Part shown: positions 7,759 to 15,675 of the stretch, one piece after another
Position numbering within the stretch: the stretch's first letter is position 1
How the letters are laid out: each line of letters starts with the position of its first letter
From: Desulfobulbaceae bacterium
GTDB taxonomy: Bacteria > Desulfobacterota > Desulfobulbia > Desulfobulbales > Desulfobulbaceae
NCBI GenBank assembly: GCA_033549385.1
Contig: JAWSUG010000002.1
Coordinates: forward strand, 21,849 to 45,848
Reading direction: 5' to 3'
Length of the DNA: 24,000 nt
Position numbers and translations under genes: made by a program
The notes under the pieces: model-generated
Told to the model about the DNA's origin: nothing
What the model saw: the letters and a program-made list of their open reading frames with translations, nothing else
The model's database searches: none

Positions 7759-10299
7759 TTAGTTATCTTCTGATACTGTTACTCTCCGAGTGCGAGTAAC
7801 AGGGTTATCCAAAATCTGCCTGATCCTGTTAGCCAACGATACCGGCAACAGAGGTTTGTTGACCAGAACATATGAATCCAGATCACCCAGATGGGCAATG
7901 ACATTATCGGTATAGCCGGACATGAGTATAGCCTTTAGATCAGGCTGTTTTTCTTTTAATTTATCCAGCAGTTCTTTCCCATCCATCCCTGGCATGATAA
8001 CATCGCTGAGCACCATATCAATTTTGCCCTTCACATCCCCATAGATTTTCAGCGCTTCTATTCCATCGGAGGCTTCGAGTAATGTATACCCGAGGGGCTT
8101 CAGAGTCTCCAGTATCAGGCTGCGGATTGATTCATCATCATCAACCACCAGAATTGTTTCCGTTCCTCTGGCCATCACCAGGTTATCATTCATTTCCTGC
8201 TCTGAAAGTTCCCCGCCCGTAATCGGAAAATATATTTTGAAGCTGGTCCCATGTCCCTCTTCACTGTATACATGAATGTGACCGTGATGCTGTTTGACTA
8301 TGCCGTAAACTGTGGCAAGACCAAGTCCGGTACCCTTGCCCACTTCCTTGGTGGTAAAAAAAGGTTCAAATATTTTTTCCCGCACTTCAGGAGCCATTCC
8401 AATGCCGGTATCGGTGACGCTCAGCATTGAATATAGACCGGGTGTCACGTCACTGCGTGTATTGGCATATTTTTCATCCAGAAAAATATCACCGGTTTCA
8501 ATGGTTAACCTGCCGCCGTTCGGCATAGCGTCTCTGGCATTGACCACAAGGTTCATCAGAATTTGACCTATCTGGCTGGGATCAGCAGATATATTACCGA
8601 CAGCATTGGATAAATAAGTCTTTATGATGATGTTTTCATCAATCAACCTGGAAAGCATCTTGTTCATGTCTTCCACTATGAGGTTCAGGTTGGTTACTTT
8701 CATTTCCAGAACCTGCTTGCGGCTGAAGGCAAGAAGCTGCTGGGTAAGGGCGGATGCCTTAATCCCGGCATGATGGATGCTGTCAACCATTTTCCAGATC
8801 GGGTCGTCCTGGGGAATCTGCAGGGAAAGTATCTGGCTGTATCCCAGAATGGTGGTCAGGATATTGTTGAAATCATGTGCAACTCCGCCGGCAAGATTAC
8901 CGACGGCTTCCATTTTCTGAATCTGACGGAGATGAGATTCGAGATTAATGTTATGTAGCCGAGAACCTATTTGCGATGCAACGCCCATGAGCAAATTCAT
9001 GTCCCTCTGGAGTAAAGGTCTCTTGCTTACAATATTATCGACAGCGAGTATGCCCAGAGGTTCGTTTTCATATAAAATCGGGCAGCAGATCAGTGATTTG
9101 ACCCCCATCCTTAGGGCAAACTCATAGCTGCGTTCGGAGAGATCATTTTTAAGATCTTTAATATTATTAAGAAGAATAGGTTTCTTGTTCTGAAATGAGA
9201 GATAGAAAATTCCTTTGGAATCTTGATTGTCGAGGTGAAAAGACAGATTTTCCAAGATTTCTTTTTGGGATTCCTCATATCCATAACCGGCCTGAAAATT
9301 AAGACTTGTTTTATCCTGATTTGCCAGCATGATCAGTATACGGTCATAATCAAGACGCTTATGCAATATTCGGATTATTTCATTAAACAAATCTTCAATT
9401 TCATATTGTTTTGCCAGAGTTTGACCAATCTCATTGATGAGTAAAGAATTTACATAGTTTATATCTATTTGCTCAATAAGTTCATCTGAAGAATTCCTTA
9501 AGAGATCAATGGTATCTAATAAATTTTTCGTTTCAATATTTTTTAGGAACCAGTTTGTGATCAATATTATTGTTACTGTAATTAAAGACAGAGAAACAAT
9601 AGTCATTAAAGATAAATAATTGTGGTAAAAATAATTCACTGGTAGAAAAAAAATGACCAACAAACCAAACAGTGCAACAGTTAAATTCCTTAAATTTTTC
9701 AAAACAGTAACAGGTGACTTTGGCCAGGAAACCAGATACCGGCAGACTTTGTCCCCTTTAAAGATGCATTCAGGGTGGCTTATTTCAGAAGGTTTAAGTT
9801 TAAAATAGGTTGACATTGCCTCCCAGTAACCCATTCTGTTTTCACATTGAAAGGACTCTTCTCTGGTCCCGGGATTTGGGGTAACTGTAATTTCAACTTT
9901 ATTAGAACTTAAAACTTTTGCTTCATAATAAGACGACTTGGAAATTTTATTTACATAATAACCCATTAAATTATAAAATTTAACGGGACTCATTAATCCA
10001 ATCGTGAATCTTCCAAATATGTTATATGCTTCAGGCGATGAGGAAAAACGCCCTGCTTCGCGGGCAATTTTTTGATTGCTTGTTAATTCTACCAACTTTT
10101 CATAAAAGCGATTTATTTGTCTTTGGGAGAAAAAATGACCTTCATCTTCCACCTGATAAGGTTCCATTTCTGCATAAGCAAGTAGTTCATCAATGTTGAT
10201 ATAATTGTACTTTTTTTTAATTAACTTCAGGTACAAATCAATCCCCCTGCTTCCGTACAGAGGTCTATTTTCATCGTAAAGATCAGGCATTGAAAACAA
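7759..10299 (-). CDS. Hybrid sensor histidine kinase/response regulator: V4R-like N-terminal domain - 2 TM - GAF - HisKA - HATPase_c - REC
   Basis: 846 aa. H-box [17 protein letters not shown] (His475, codon 8877-8875). N box [11 protein letters not shown] boxes DTGIGM and GKGTGLGL. The receiver has ILVVDDDES...[14 protein letters not shown] (Asp766, codon 8004-8002) and a KP motif. Two hydrophobic helices lie at aa ~205-250, and a GAF-like region at aa ~295-447. The N-terminal ~190 aa end in [14 protein letters not shown]...[18 protein letters not shown]. The track start is TTG 10299, abutting the upstream stop; the first ATG is at 10290. Confidence 0.9.
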   Translation of the reverse strand: MFSMPDLYDENRPLYGSRGIDLYLKLIKKKYNYINIDELLAYAEMEPYQVEDEGHFFSQRQINRFYEKLVELTSNQKIAREAGRFSSSPEAYNIFGRFTIGLMSPVKFYNLMGYYVNKISKSSYYEAKVLSSNKVEITVTPNPGTREESFQCENRMGYWEAMSTYFKLKPSEISHPECIFKGDKVCRYLVSWPKSPVTVLKNLRNLTVALFGLLVIFFLPVNYFYHNYLSLMTIVSLSLITVTIILITNWFLKNIETKNLLDTIDLLRNSSDELIEQIDINYVNSLLINEIGQTLAKQYEIEDLFNEIIRILHKRLDYDRILIMLANQDKTSLNFQAGYGYEESQKEILENLSFHLDNQDSKGIFYLSFQNKKPILLNNIKDLKNDLSERSYEFALRMGVKSLICCPILYENEPLGILAVDNIVSKRPLLQRDMNLLMGVASQIGSRLHNINLESHLRQIQKMEAVGNLAGGVAHDFNNILTTILGYSQILSLQIPQDDPIWKMVDSIHHAGIKASALTQQLLAFSRKQVLEMKVTNLNLIVEDMNKMLSRLIDENIIIKTYLSNAVGNISADPSQIGQILMNLVVNARDAMPNGGRLTIETGDIFLDEKYANTRSDVTPGLYSMLSVTDTGIGMAPEVREKIFEPFFTTKEVGKGTGLGLATVYGIVKQHHGHIHVYSEEGHGTSFKIYFPITGGELSEQEMNDNLVMARGTETILVVDDDESIRSLILETLKPLGYTLLEASDGIEALKIYGDVKGKIDMVLSDVIMPGMDGKELLDKLKEKQPDLKAILMSGYTDNVIAHLGDLDSYVLVNKPLLPVSLANRIRQILDNPVTRTRRVTVSEDN

Positions 10300-12387
10300 T
10301 TATTTAACTTGTTTTATTTTAATCTGTTTTTTTGGTAATGTAAGGGATTCCATGTACTTAAGATACTCGCCAATGTACTCAAGATTGAGTATTCCTAATA
10401 AGTACGTTTTTTCAGAAGAAAAATCATACAGCTCGGCATAAGATTTCGGATAAAATAATACAGGGATGTTATCATACTCATAGTACTCTGCAAGTTGAAC
10501 AAGTGCATAATTCAGGATCTCTTTGTTGATAGTGGGGGGATCTAACACAAAAATTTGAATACAATTTGTCAGGTTTGACATATTAATTCCAAAATCTGAA
10601 ATGTTCACAATCAGAACAGCAACTAATTCATCGTCTGTTTTGATTGAAAACAGCTTCCGTTTTCTTTTAAAACCTGCTTTGCTGTAATCATCACAGATAG
10701 TGCCTCCCATGCAATTTGCTTCCGGGGTGAGATCAAGAGCTTTGATCAACAAGCCCCCTGAGAACTCATCATACCAATATTTAAGAATTTCAAGATCATC
10801 TGGATCTGTATCACTTATGTTCAATGCGGAGAAGGGAGGTGCTGGTTTTCCATTCGGTTGAAAATGAAAATATGCAAATTCATCAATTGAACTTTTTTGT
10901 GAGTCCCCCATGGAACCAGTCGCGGATGAACCGAAAAGTCTTTTTGAAAAGCGGTTATTGGGCCTGTAATAACCAGCAAGAAAATCCATTTTAGCAGGCG
11001 GCAAAGAATGAAGCTCGTTAATATGTTGGAGTATGTGCTCCAGTACAACTAATCCAGCCTTATGTTTTGTCGATTTAATTGCTGCAAGATGATGCAAAAG
11101 CCATGTTTTTTCATAAAATCTGTATATGGATATATGGCCATATATTTTCCCTTTGTCCTGGTAAATGATATGTTGTGCTATCTCAGGTTTTTCGTTGTAT
11201 AATTTTTTGTATGTATCAATAAATATTTCTTTTTGGTCAGCTATTTGTAGATATTTTTCAGGGTAGACAAACCCTGAATCGAAAAAGAAATCCCATAGAG
11301 AATCAAGATCAACATTTGAAGTGCAGATGCATGAGTGCTTGTTTTTTGCCTGATGTATCAGTGAAGATAATTTTATATGATCAGAAAGATTTATATCCAA
11401 TATAACAAAACCGCATGTAACCACATCATCTTGGGTAATACGGTATAAGACTTGAGCTTTGCACTTTAAGGTAAAGCCTTGAATAAAATCGATTCCCAGG
11501 TCAGTTATTATCAATCCAGGTAACAGGACCGAATTTTCTGCATCTTCTTCTATGGAAAAACCGAGTCCTGATATATCTTTCAAACCCAGTATTATTTTTT
11601 TTTGTGTTAAGGGATGATGAAATATCAAATTAGGTAAGGGAGACAGTACCAGTCTTTCTGTTCGAAATGTTTTCGACTTCATCCTGCTGATGTTGTTTTT
11701 TACATTTTTTAAAACAAGTGTTATTCCCGACGTATATTTTTCCTGGCGTATAATTGCGCACTCACCAAAAAAAACGAAATCTCCTTTATTGTTAATTAAT
11801 TGAACATTGACGTGATTGTCGGGATTCATTTCAAGTTGCAGTTGCTGAGAATCTAAAGCATATTTTACAGTAAAGGATTCAGCACAGAAATTTATTAAAG
11901 TACCCTTAACAAGATATCCATCCTGGCTTATTTGAGCGGTAATACCATTACATAAGTATCTTTTAAATCCTCTGAATGTTCTTTCATAGCAGTATTCCGG
12001 TAGTCCCAAGTAAACGCCTTTCCTGGATATTTCAAGGAGCTTCGCTTCCACACAAACATTGCTGAGTCCGTCGGTGAAAGAAAAATAGGTAAATGTAAAT
12101 TGCTTGAGTTTTTTTTCTGCGTCGAAATGCTCAGACCATATGCACAGCAAAAAGTTGTCATTGCATATCTGGGGTTTGGCCAACAGTGTAATAGGATGAC
12201 CGTACTTCTTGTGTTTGAAGTTAAGGGTAATGTCACCGTCTTTGAAATTGATCCGGTTCAAATAGTTGACCAATCGTGCTTGAGTGACTTTTTTGCTGTT
12301 CTTATCATTCTCTAAGGAAGCAGTCTCCTCAGTAAGATGGAGTGAAGATTTAAGCCCTGCACCTTTCATTTCGTCAGCCTCTTGCAC
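10300..12387 (-). CDS. Uncharacterised 695-aa protein with two PilZ-like beta-barrel modules and a ~340-aa unassigned C-terminal module
   Basis: Long uninterrupted ORF in an AT-rich tract. Module 1 (aa ~133-228) has R139GFKR143 (RxxxR), then N166FCAES where D/NxSxxG is expected. Module 2 (aa ~238-346) has R242TER245, then a perfect D271ISGLG276 (nt 11577-11560). The C-terminal part (LWDFFFDSGFVYPEKY...HHLAAIKSTKHKAGLVVLEHIL...) is unassigned. The track start is GTG 12387. ATG 12369, preceded by AAGAGG at 8-nt spacing, is the more likely start. Confidence 0.75.
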   Translation of the reverse strand: MQEADEMKGAGLKSSLHLTEETASLENDKNSKKVTQARLVNYLNRINFKDGDITLNFKHKKYGHPITLLAKPQICNDNFLLCIWSEHFDAEKKLKQFTFTYFSFTDGLSNVCVEAKLLEISRKGVYLGLPEYCYERTFRGFKRYLCNGITAQISQDGYLVKGTLINFCAESFTVKYALDSQQLQLEMNPDNHVNVQLINNKGDFVFFGECAIIRQEKYTSGITLVLKNVKNNISRMKSKTFRTERLVLSPLPNLIFHHPLTQKKIILGLKDISGLGFSIEEDAENSVLLPGLIITDLGIDFIQGFTLKCKAQVLYRITQDDVVTCGFVILDINLSDHIKLSSLIHQAKNKHSCICTSNVDLDSLWDFFFDSGFVYPEKYLQIADQKEIFIDTYKKLYNEKPEIAQHIIYQDKGKIYGHISIYRFYEKTWLLHHLAAIKSTKHKAGLVVLEHILQHINELHSLPPAKMDFLAGYYRPNNRFSKRLFGSSATGSMGDSQKSSIDEFAYFHFQPNGKPAPPFSALNISDTDPDDLEILKYWYDEFSGGLLIKALDLTPEANCMGGTICDDYSKAGFKRKRKLFSIKTDDELVAVLIVNISDFGINMSNLTNCIQIFVLDPPTINKEILNYALVQLAEYYEYDNIPVLFYPKSYAELYDFSSEKTYLLGILNLEYIGEYLKYMESLTLPKKQIKIKQVK

Positions 12388-12725
12388 TTTTTAGTGCAGC
12401 ATCATTTTTGATAGAAATAAAAAATCTTTTTGATTTCAGTATTATTTCAAGATCATACTTTATGCAAACTAAGCATTAGGGGGATTTTTTTAATAAAGTA
12501 TCTGAAATTATTTATACTTACATCTTATTAAGAACATTGCAAAATATCAAATTAAAAAAGAAATAAAAAACGTTTGATCTGTGTAAATTCAATGACTTGT
12601 TAACTTTTTGCGCATTGTAAAAAATTAACAAATTATATAACTTGAAAGGGTGTGGAAAGGAACAGGACTCTGTTGGATTTTACATCAATATTACAAAGGG
12701 ATATCAACACTCTCCGGAAAAGTAA

Positions 12726-12754
12726 AAGATAAAACTTATTATGACTTTTATCTT
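12726..12754 (-). terminator. AT-rich hairpin downstream of mobB (weak intrinsic terminator candidate)
   Basis: Perfect 9-bp inverted repeat AAGATAAAA (12726-12734) / TTTTATCTT (12746-12754) with an 11-nt loop, 14 nt after the mobB stop. On the minus strand it is followed by TTACTTTTCC. Confidence 0.35.
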
Positions 12755-12767
12755 AACATTGCAGATT

Positions 12768-13421
12768 TTAATCGACAATTTTGATCGTAATGTTGATTTC
12801 CCTGACATCATCCGTCTGTTTCAGTGATTTGATAAATCCATGGACTGTTCCTGCTAGCGCATCCTGCACAAAACCTTTCATCGGCACCTTTTTTCCGTTG
12901 ACCAGCAAGAGCGCTTTTTCTTCTCTGCCTTTTTTATCCTCAATAAATTTCCTGATGATAAAATCGGCAATCTCCCGACTTTCTTCAAGCCTGAAAACAT
13001 TGTCTCCGGAGAGCTGGCGGTCGGTAACCGTGGCAATGACGCCGGTCACCTGATCCCGCAGAAGTTCCGCATCACCGCGGATGACTTCAATTTTGCTGAT
13101 CTTGCGTTCATGCTTGAATCCTTCGCCGATAACGATGTCATAATCATAAAAAAAACGATAGACCAGGGCAGCAAGACTTAATTCCGGATTTATCGCAAAC
13201 AGAGCCATCTGGTCGGGAGCCATCAAAGTGACGGCGTCGGCACCAGCCTTGCGGTATATCCCGGTATCCGTGCCGGAGAGGTCAAATTCAATGCCGGTAT
13301 GTTTTGTCGACTTGATTACGGCAACACGCAGGCCCTTTTCTTTGAGATGAGCAACAACCTTGCTTGCCAGTGTTGTTTTTCCGGAATCATGCCACCCGAT
13401 GAAACTGACTATTGGAACCAT
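12768..13421 (-). CDS. mobB: Molybdopterin-guanine dinucleotide biosynthesis adapter protein MobB, with C-terminal extension
   Basis: 217 aa. The N-terminal IVSFIGWHDSGKTTLASKVVAHLKEKGLRVAVIKSTKH carries the MobB P-loop signature. About 50 extra C-terminal residues relative to the ~170-aa E. coli protein. SD GGAAGGGG lies upstream. Confidence 0.85.
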   Translation of the reverse strand: MVPIVSFIGWHDSGKTTLASKVVAHLKEKGLRVAVIKSTKHTGIEFDLSGTDTGIYRKAGADAVTLMAPDQMALFAINPELSLAALVYRFFYDYDIVIGEGFKHERKISKIEVIRGDAELLRDQVTGVIATVTDRQLSGDNVFRLEESREIADFIIRKFIEDKKGREEKALLLVNGKKVPMKGFVQDALAGTVHGFIKSLKQTDDVREINITIKIVD

Positions 13422-13441
13422 ATCCCCTTCCTGTTATGCAT

Positions 13442-13477
13442 AAAAAAACAGCCGTATCGTGAGCAGGAACTGGCTGT
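13442..13477 (-). terminator. Hairpin plus U-run about 20 nt upstream of the mobB start (attenuator or terminator-like element)
   Basis: On the minus strand, ACAGCC(18-nt loop)GGCTGT (13477-13448) is followed directly by TTTTTTT (plus-strand A-run 13442-13448), then the mobB SD and ATG. The stem is only 6 bp, so this is weak. Confidence 0.3.
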
Positions 13478-13894
13478 CGTTATTGTGGATGGGCTAAACC
13501 TGATGAATCCGGATTTTTATGCAAGCAAATCCCTGCTTTTCAGCACCCGGTTTTTCTTGAGGTGCTGAGGCAAATTAACCCGACATTCAACCCATCGCTT
13601 GAATGTTTGTTAAAAAAATTTGATAATTATTCTTTTTGAGTATACGGCTATACGGAACGAATGCAAGAAAAAATGTCAAAAGATATCAAAATTATACTTA
13701 AAAGCAATATATATACTGTATGTAATTGTTTTTATTGATGTTGTTTTTTTGCGATAATGTCATGCCCAGGGAGCAGGTTACAGGATTATTCTTTTTTCCA
13801 CAGTCCGGCAGTTTCCTGTTATGAACAATTGGCAAACATTCAAAATGTATCGTATAAGGTGATATTATTCATTTCAGTTGATTGCAGATAACCC

Positions 13895-14665
13895 ATGGTA
13901 GAAAAAACAGTATATAATCATCGCACAACTATCCTGACGGCAAAGGGAACTGAAGCAAGCAGGGAATCGCTCGCTGTCGAAGTGCCGTACTCCATTTATC
14001 TGAATGACCGGCTGATCGGTTCGGCCATGGTTCTGGAAACAGGTCTTGAGGAGTTCGGGGCGGGTTTTCTGTTCGGTCAGGGATACGTCGAAAATCCTCA
14101 GCAGGTCCGTGAAGTTCTGGTCTGTCCGGAAGGACGGATATCAGTACATGCTGATGTGGATGAAGATGCGGAGCCGAAAGAGGTGATTATTACATCCGGT
14201 TGCGGAGGAACCGGTAAAATTTCCCGTGAAATGCTCGAAGGCACATTCGATGATCTCAAGGAGTTTGAAATCAGCCTGGCAGAGACCGGACGGTTCATCA
14301 GGGAGGTTTTAAAAAAATCCGATCTGGGAATGACCACCCATTGTGTGCACGGGTGCGGATTCTGGTACGACGGTAAACTGCAGGCGTTTTATGAAGATAT
14401 AGGGCGCCACAATGCGGTCGACAAGATCATCGGGGCTATTCTGCTGAAAAAAATAACCGCGCAGGGCGCAATCTACACCACCGGCCGCCTGACTTCGGAT
14501 ATGGTTCTGAAATGCGCCCGCATCGGCATCCCAATCATCATGTCGAGAACCTCCGCCTCATCCCTGGGCCTTGCCATTGCCAAGCGGGCCGGTGTAACCA
14601 TGGTATCGTATGCCCGTCCCGGCAGACTCAATGTCTTTCATGCGCCGGAGCGTATCCTTATCTGA
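13895..14665 (+). CDS. fdhD: Formate dehydrogenase accessory sulfurtransferase FdhD
   Basis: 256 aa. The DIGRHNAVDKIIG signature, a Cys-loop ITSGCGGTGK (Cys103 codon 14201-14203) and C-terminal MSRTSASSLGLAIAKRAGVTMVSYAR are all typical of FdhD/NarQ. Confidence 0.9.
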   Translation: MVEKTVYNHRTTILTAKGTEASRESLAVEVPYSIYLNDRLIGSAMVLETGLEEFGAGFLFGQGYVENPQQVREVLVCPEGRISVHADVDEDAEPKEVIITSGCGGTGKISREMLEGTFDDLKEFEISLAETGRFIREVLKKSDLGMTTHCVHGCGFWYDGKLQAFYEDIGRHNAVDKIIGAILLKKITAQGAIYTTGRLTSDMVLKCARIGIPIIMSRTSASSLGLAIAKRAGVTMVSYARPGRLNVFHAPERILI

Positions 14666-14687
14666 CATCTCTTACCCGTCCCCTGGT

Positions 14688-15560
14688 TCAGCAGGAGTCC
14701 GCCTGTTTTCGCACATTGGAAGTAAAGAGCCTGTTGCTGATAAGGGTCATGCCTATGGCAAACAGGGCCGCGGCCAGGCCGAGCAGGACATTGAAATAAG
14801 CGGGTGCCGCCAGAGCCAGCCGTATCAGCAGCGTTGACAGGGCAAAACCCGAATTGCGGAAAACAGCATAGTAGGACGGCTGGAAACATTGAGCCACGAG
14901 AACCAGCAGTATATCGGTAATAATCAGCAGGGTATAGAAATCATGAAAAAAATCCGAATGAGGGATATTCATGACCGTAAGATAGATGGTTTTTACCCCC
15001 ATATACAGGAAAATGCCCAGCAGGATCAGGGCAATCCCTTTTTTTGCCGCCACAAAACTGAAGAGATCCCCGTGTCGGCCCCCTTCATCATGCCCCCTGC
15101 TCTGAATTTTGTAGTAGTAGCCCAGCAGGGCAAAAATGAGAAGGGCGCCGAAACCGTCGGAAACTATGCGGAGGATTGCCTCGTTATTGCCTGTAAAAGT
15201 GATCGGCTCCGGCAGGTACGATAACTCCTTGAAGGCATTGCGGATGAGGATAAGGGAAAGGATTTCAAACTGTTTGCCGACCGATTTGGAAAATGAACAG
15301 GGCAGGGTGAAGATCAGGCTGACAACTTCCAGAATCAGGACGACGGTGAATGCGGCCTGGATGGCAAAGAAGTGATTTCCGGGAACCAGCCCTGATACCG
15401 GTTCCGGCAGAAAACCCTTGCGCTTGAGTTCAATGACCAGCAGGCTGCCCAGAAAAAGGAGGACCAGCAGGAAGGAAATTTTTCGGTGTATTTTCTCATG
15501 TTCCCAGTAATAGTGAAGGGGATCAAAGATGAAGGTGCATTTTTCAAAGATAAAATTCAT
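14688..15560 (-). CDS. Polytopic inner-membrane protein of unknown function
   Basis: 290 aa with about 6-7 hydrophobic helices (for example FLLVLLFLGSLLVI, AFTVVLILEVVSLIF, FGALLIFALLGYYY, IALILLGIFLYMG, LLIITDILLVLVA, LGLAAALFAIGMTLI). SD GGGGGA lies upstream. No family recognised. Confidence 0.65.
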   Translation of the reverse strand: MNFIFEKCTFIFDPLHYYWEHEKIHRKISFLLVLLFLGSLLVIELKRKGFLPEPVSGLVPGNHFFAIQAAFTVVLILEVVSLIFTLPCSFSKSVGKQFEILSLILIRNAFKELSYLPEPITFTGNNEAILRIVSDGFGALLIFALLGYYYKIQSRGHDEGGRHGDLFSFVAAKKGIALILLGIFLYMGVKTIYLTVMNIPHSDFFHDFYTLLIITDILLVLVAQCFQPSYYAVFRNSGFALSTLLIRLALAAPAYFNVLLGLAAALFAIGMTLISNRLFTSNVRKQADSC

Positions 15561-15675
15561 AAATCCCCCGCATCAATTCACCGTGATGTCAACGCCGGAA
15601 ATATTGACTTTTTCCACTCTGAGCGCTGCAAAAAATCCGGCAGGCGATTCCACTGCTTGAGTAAAGCAAACCTGA

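Noticed and set aside
12768-13421. The ~50-aa C-terminal extension of MobB as a separate fused domain.
   Set aside because: It is too short and featureless to assign, and length variation at the MobB C-terminus does not seem remarkable. It is noted in the feature but not raised as a finding.
13422-13700. Possible Moco riboswitch upstream of mobB.
   Set aside because: The genomic context is right, but I could not find the conserved Moco-motif core sequences by eye on the minus strand. It is kept only as a generic structured-leader hypothesis pending a covariance-model search.
13829-13846. Sigma-54-like TGGCA elements: TTGGCAAACATTCAAAA here and CTGGCATATTCCTGAAA at 17392-17408.
   Set aside because: Both lack the -12 GC (TTGC) element at the correct spacing. 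The 13829 site fits a sigma70 -35 better.
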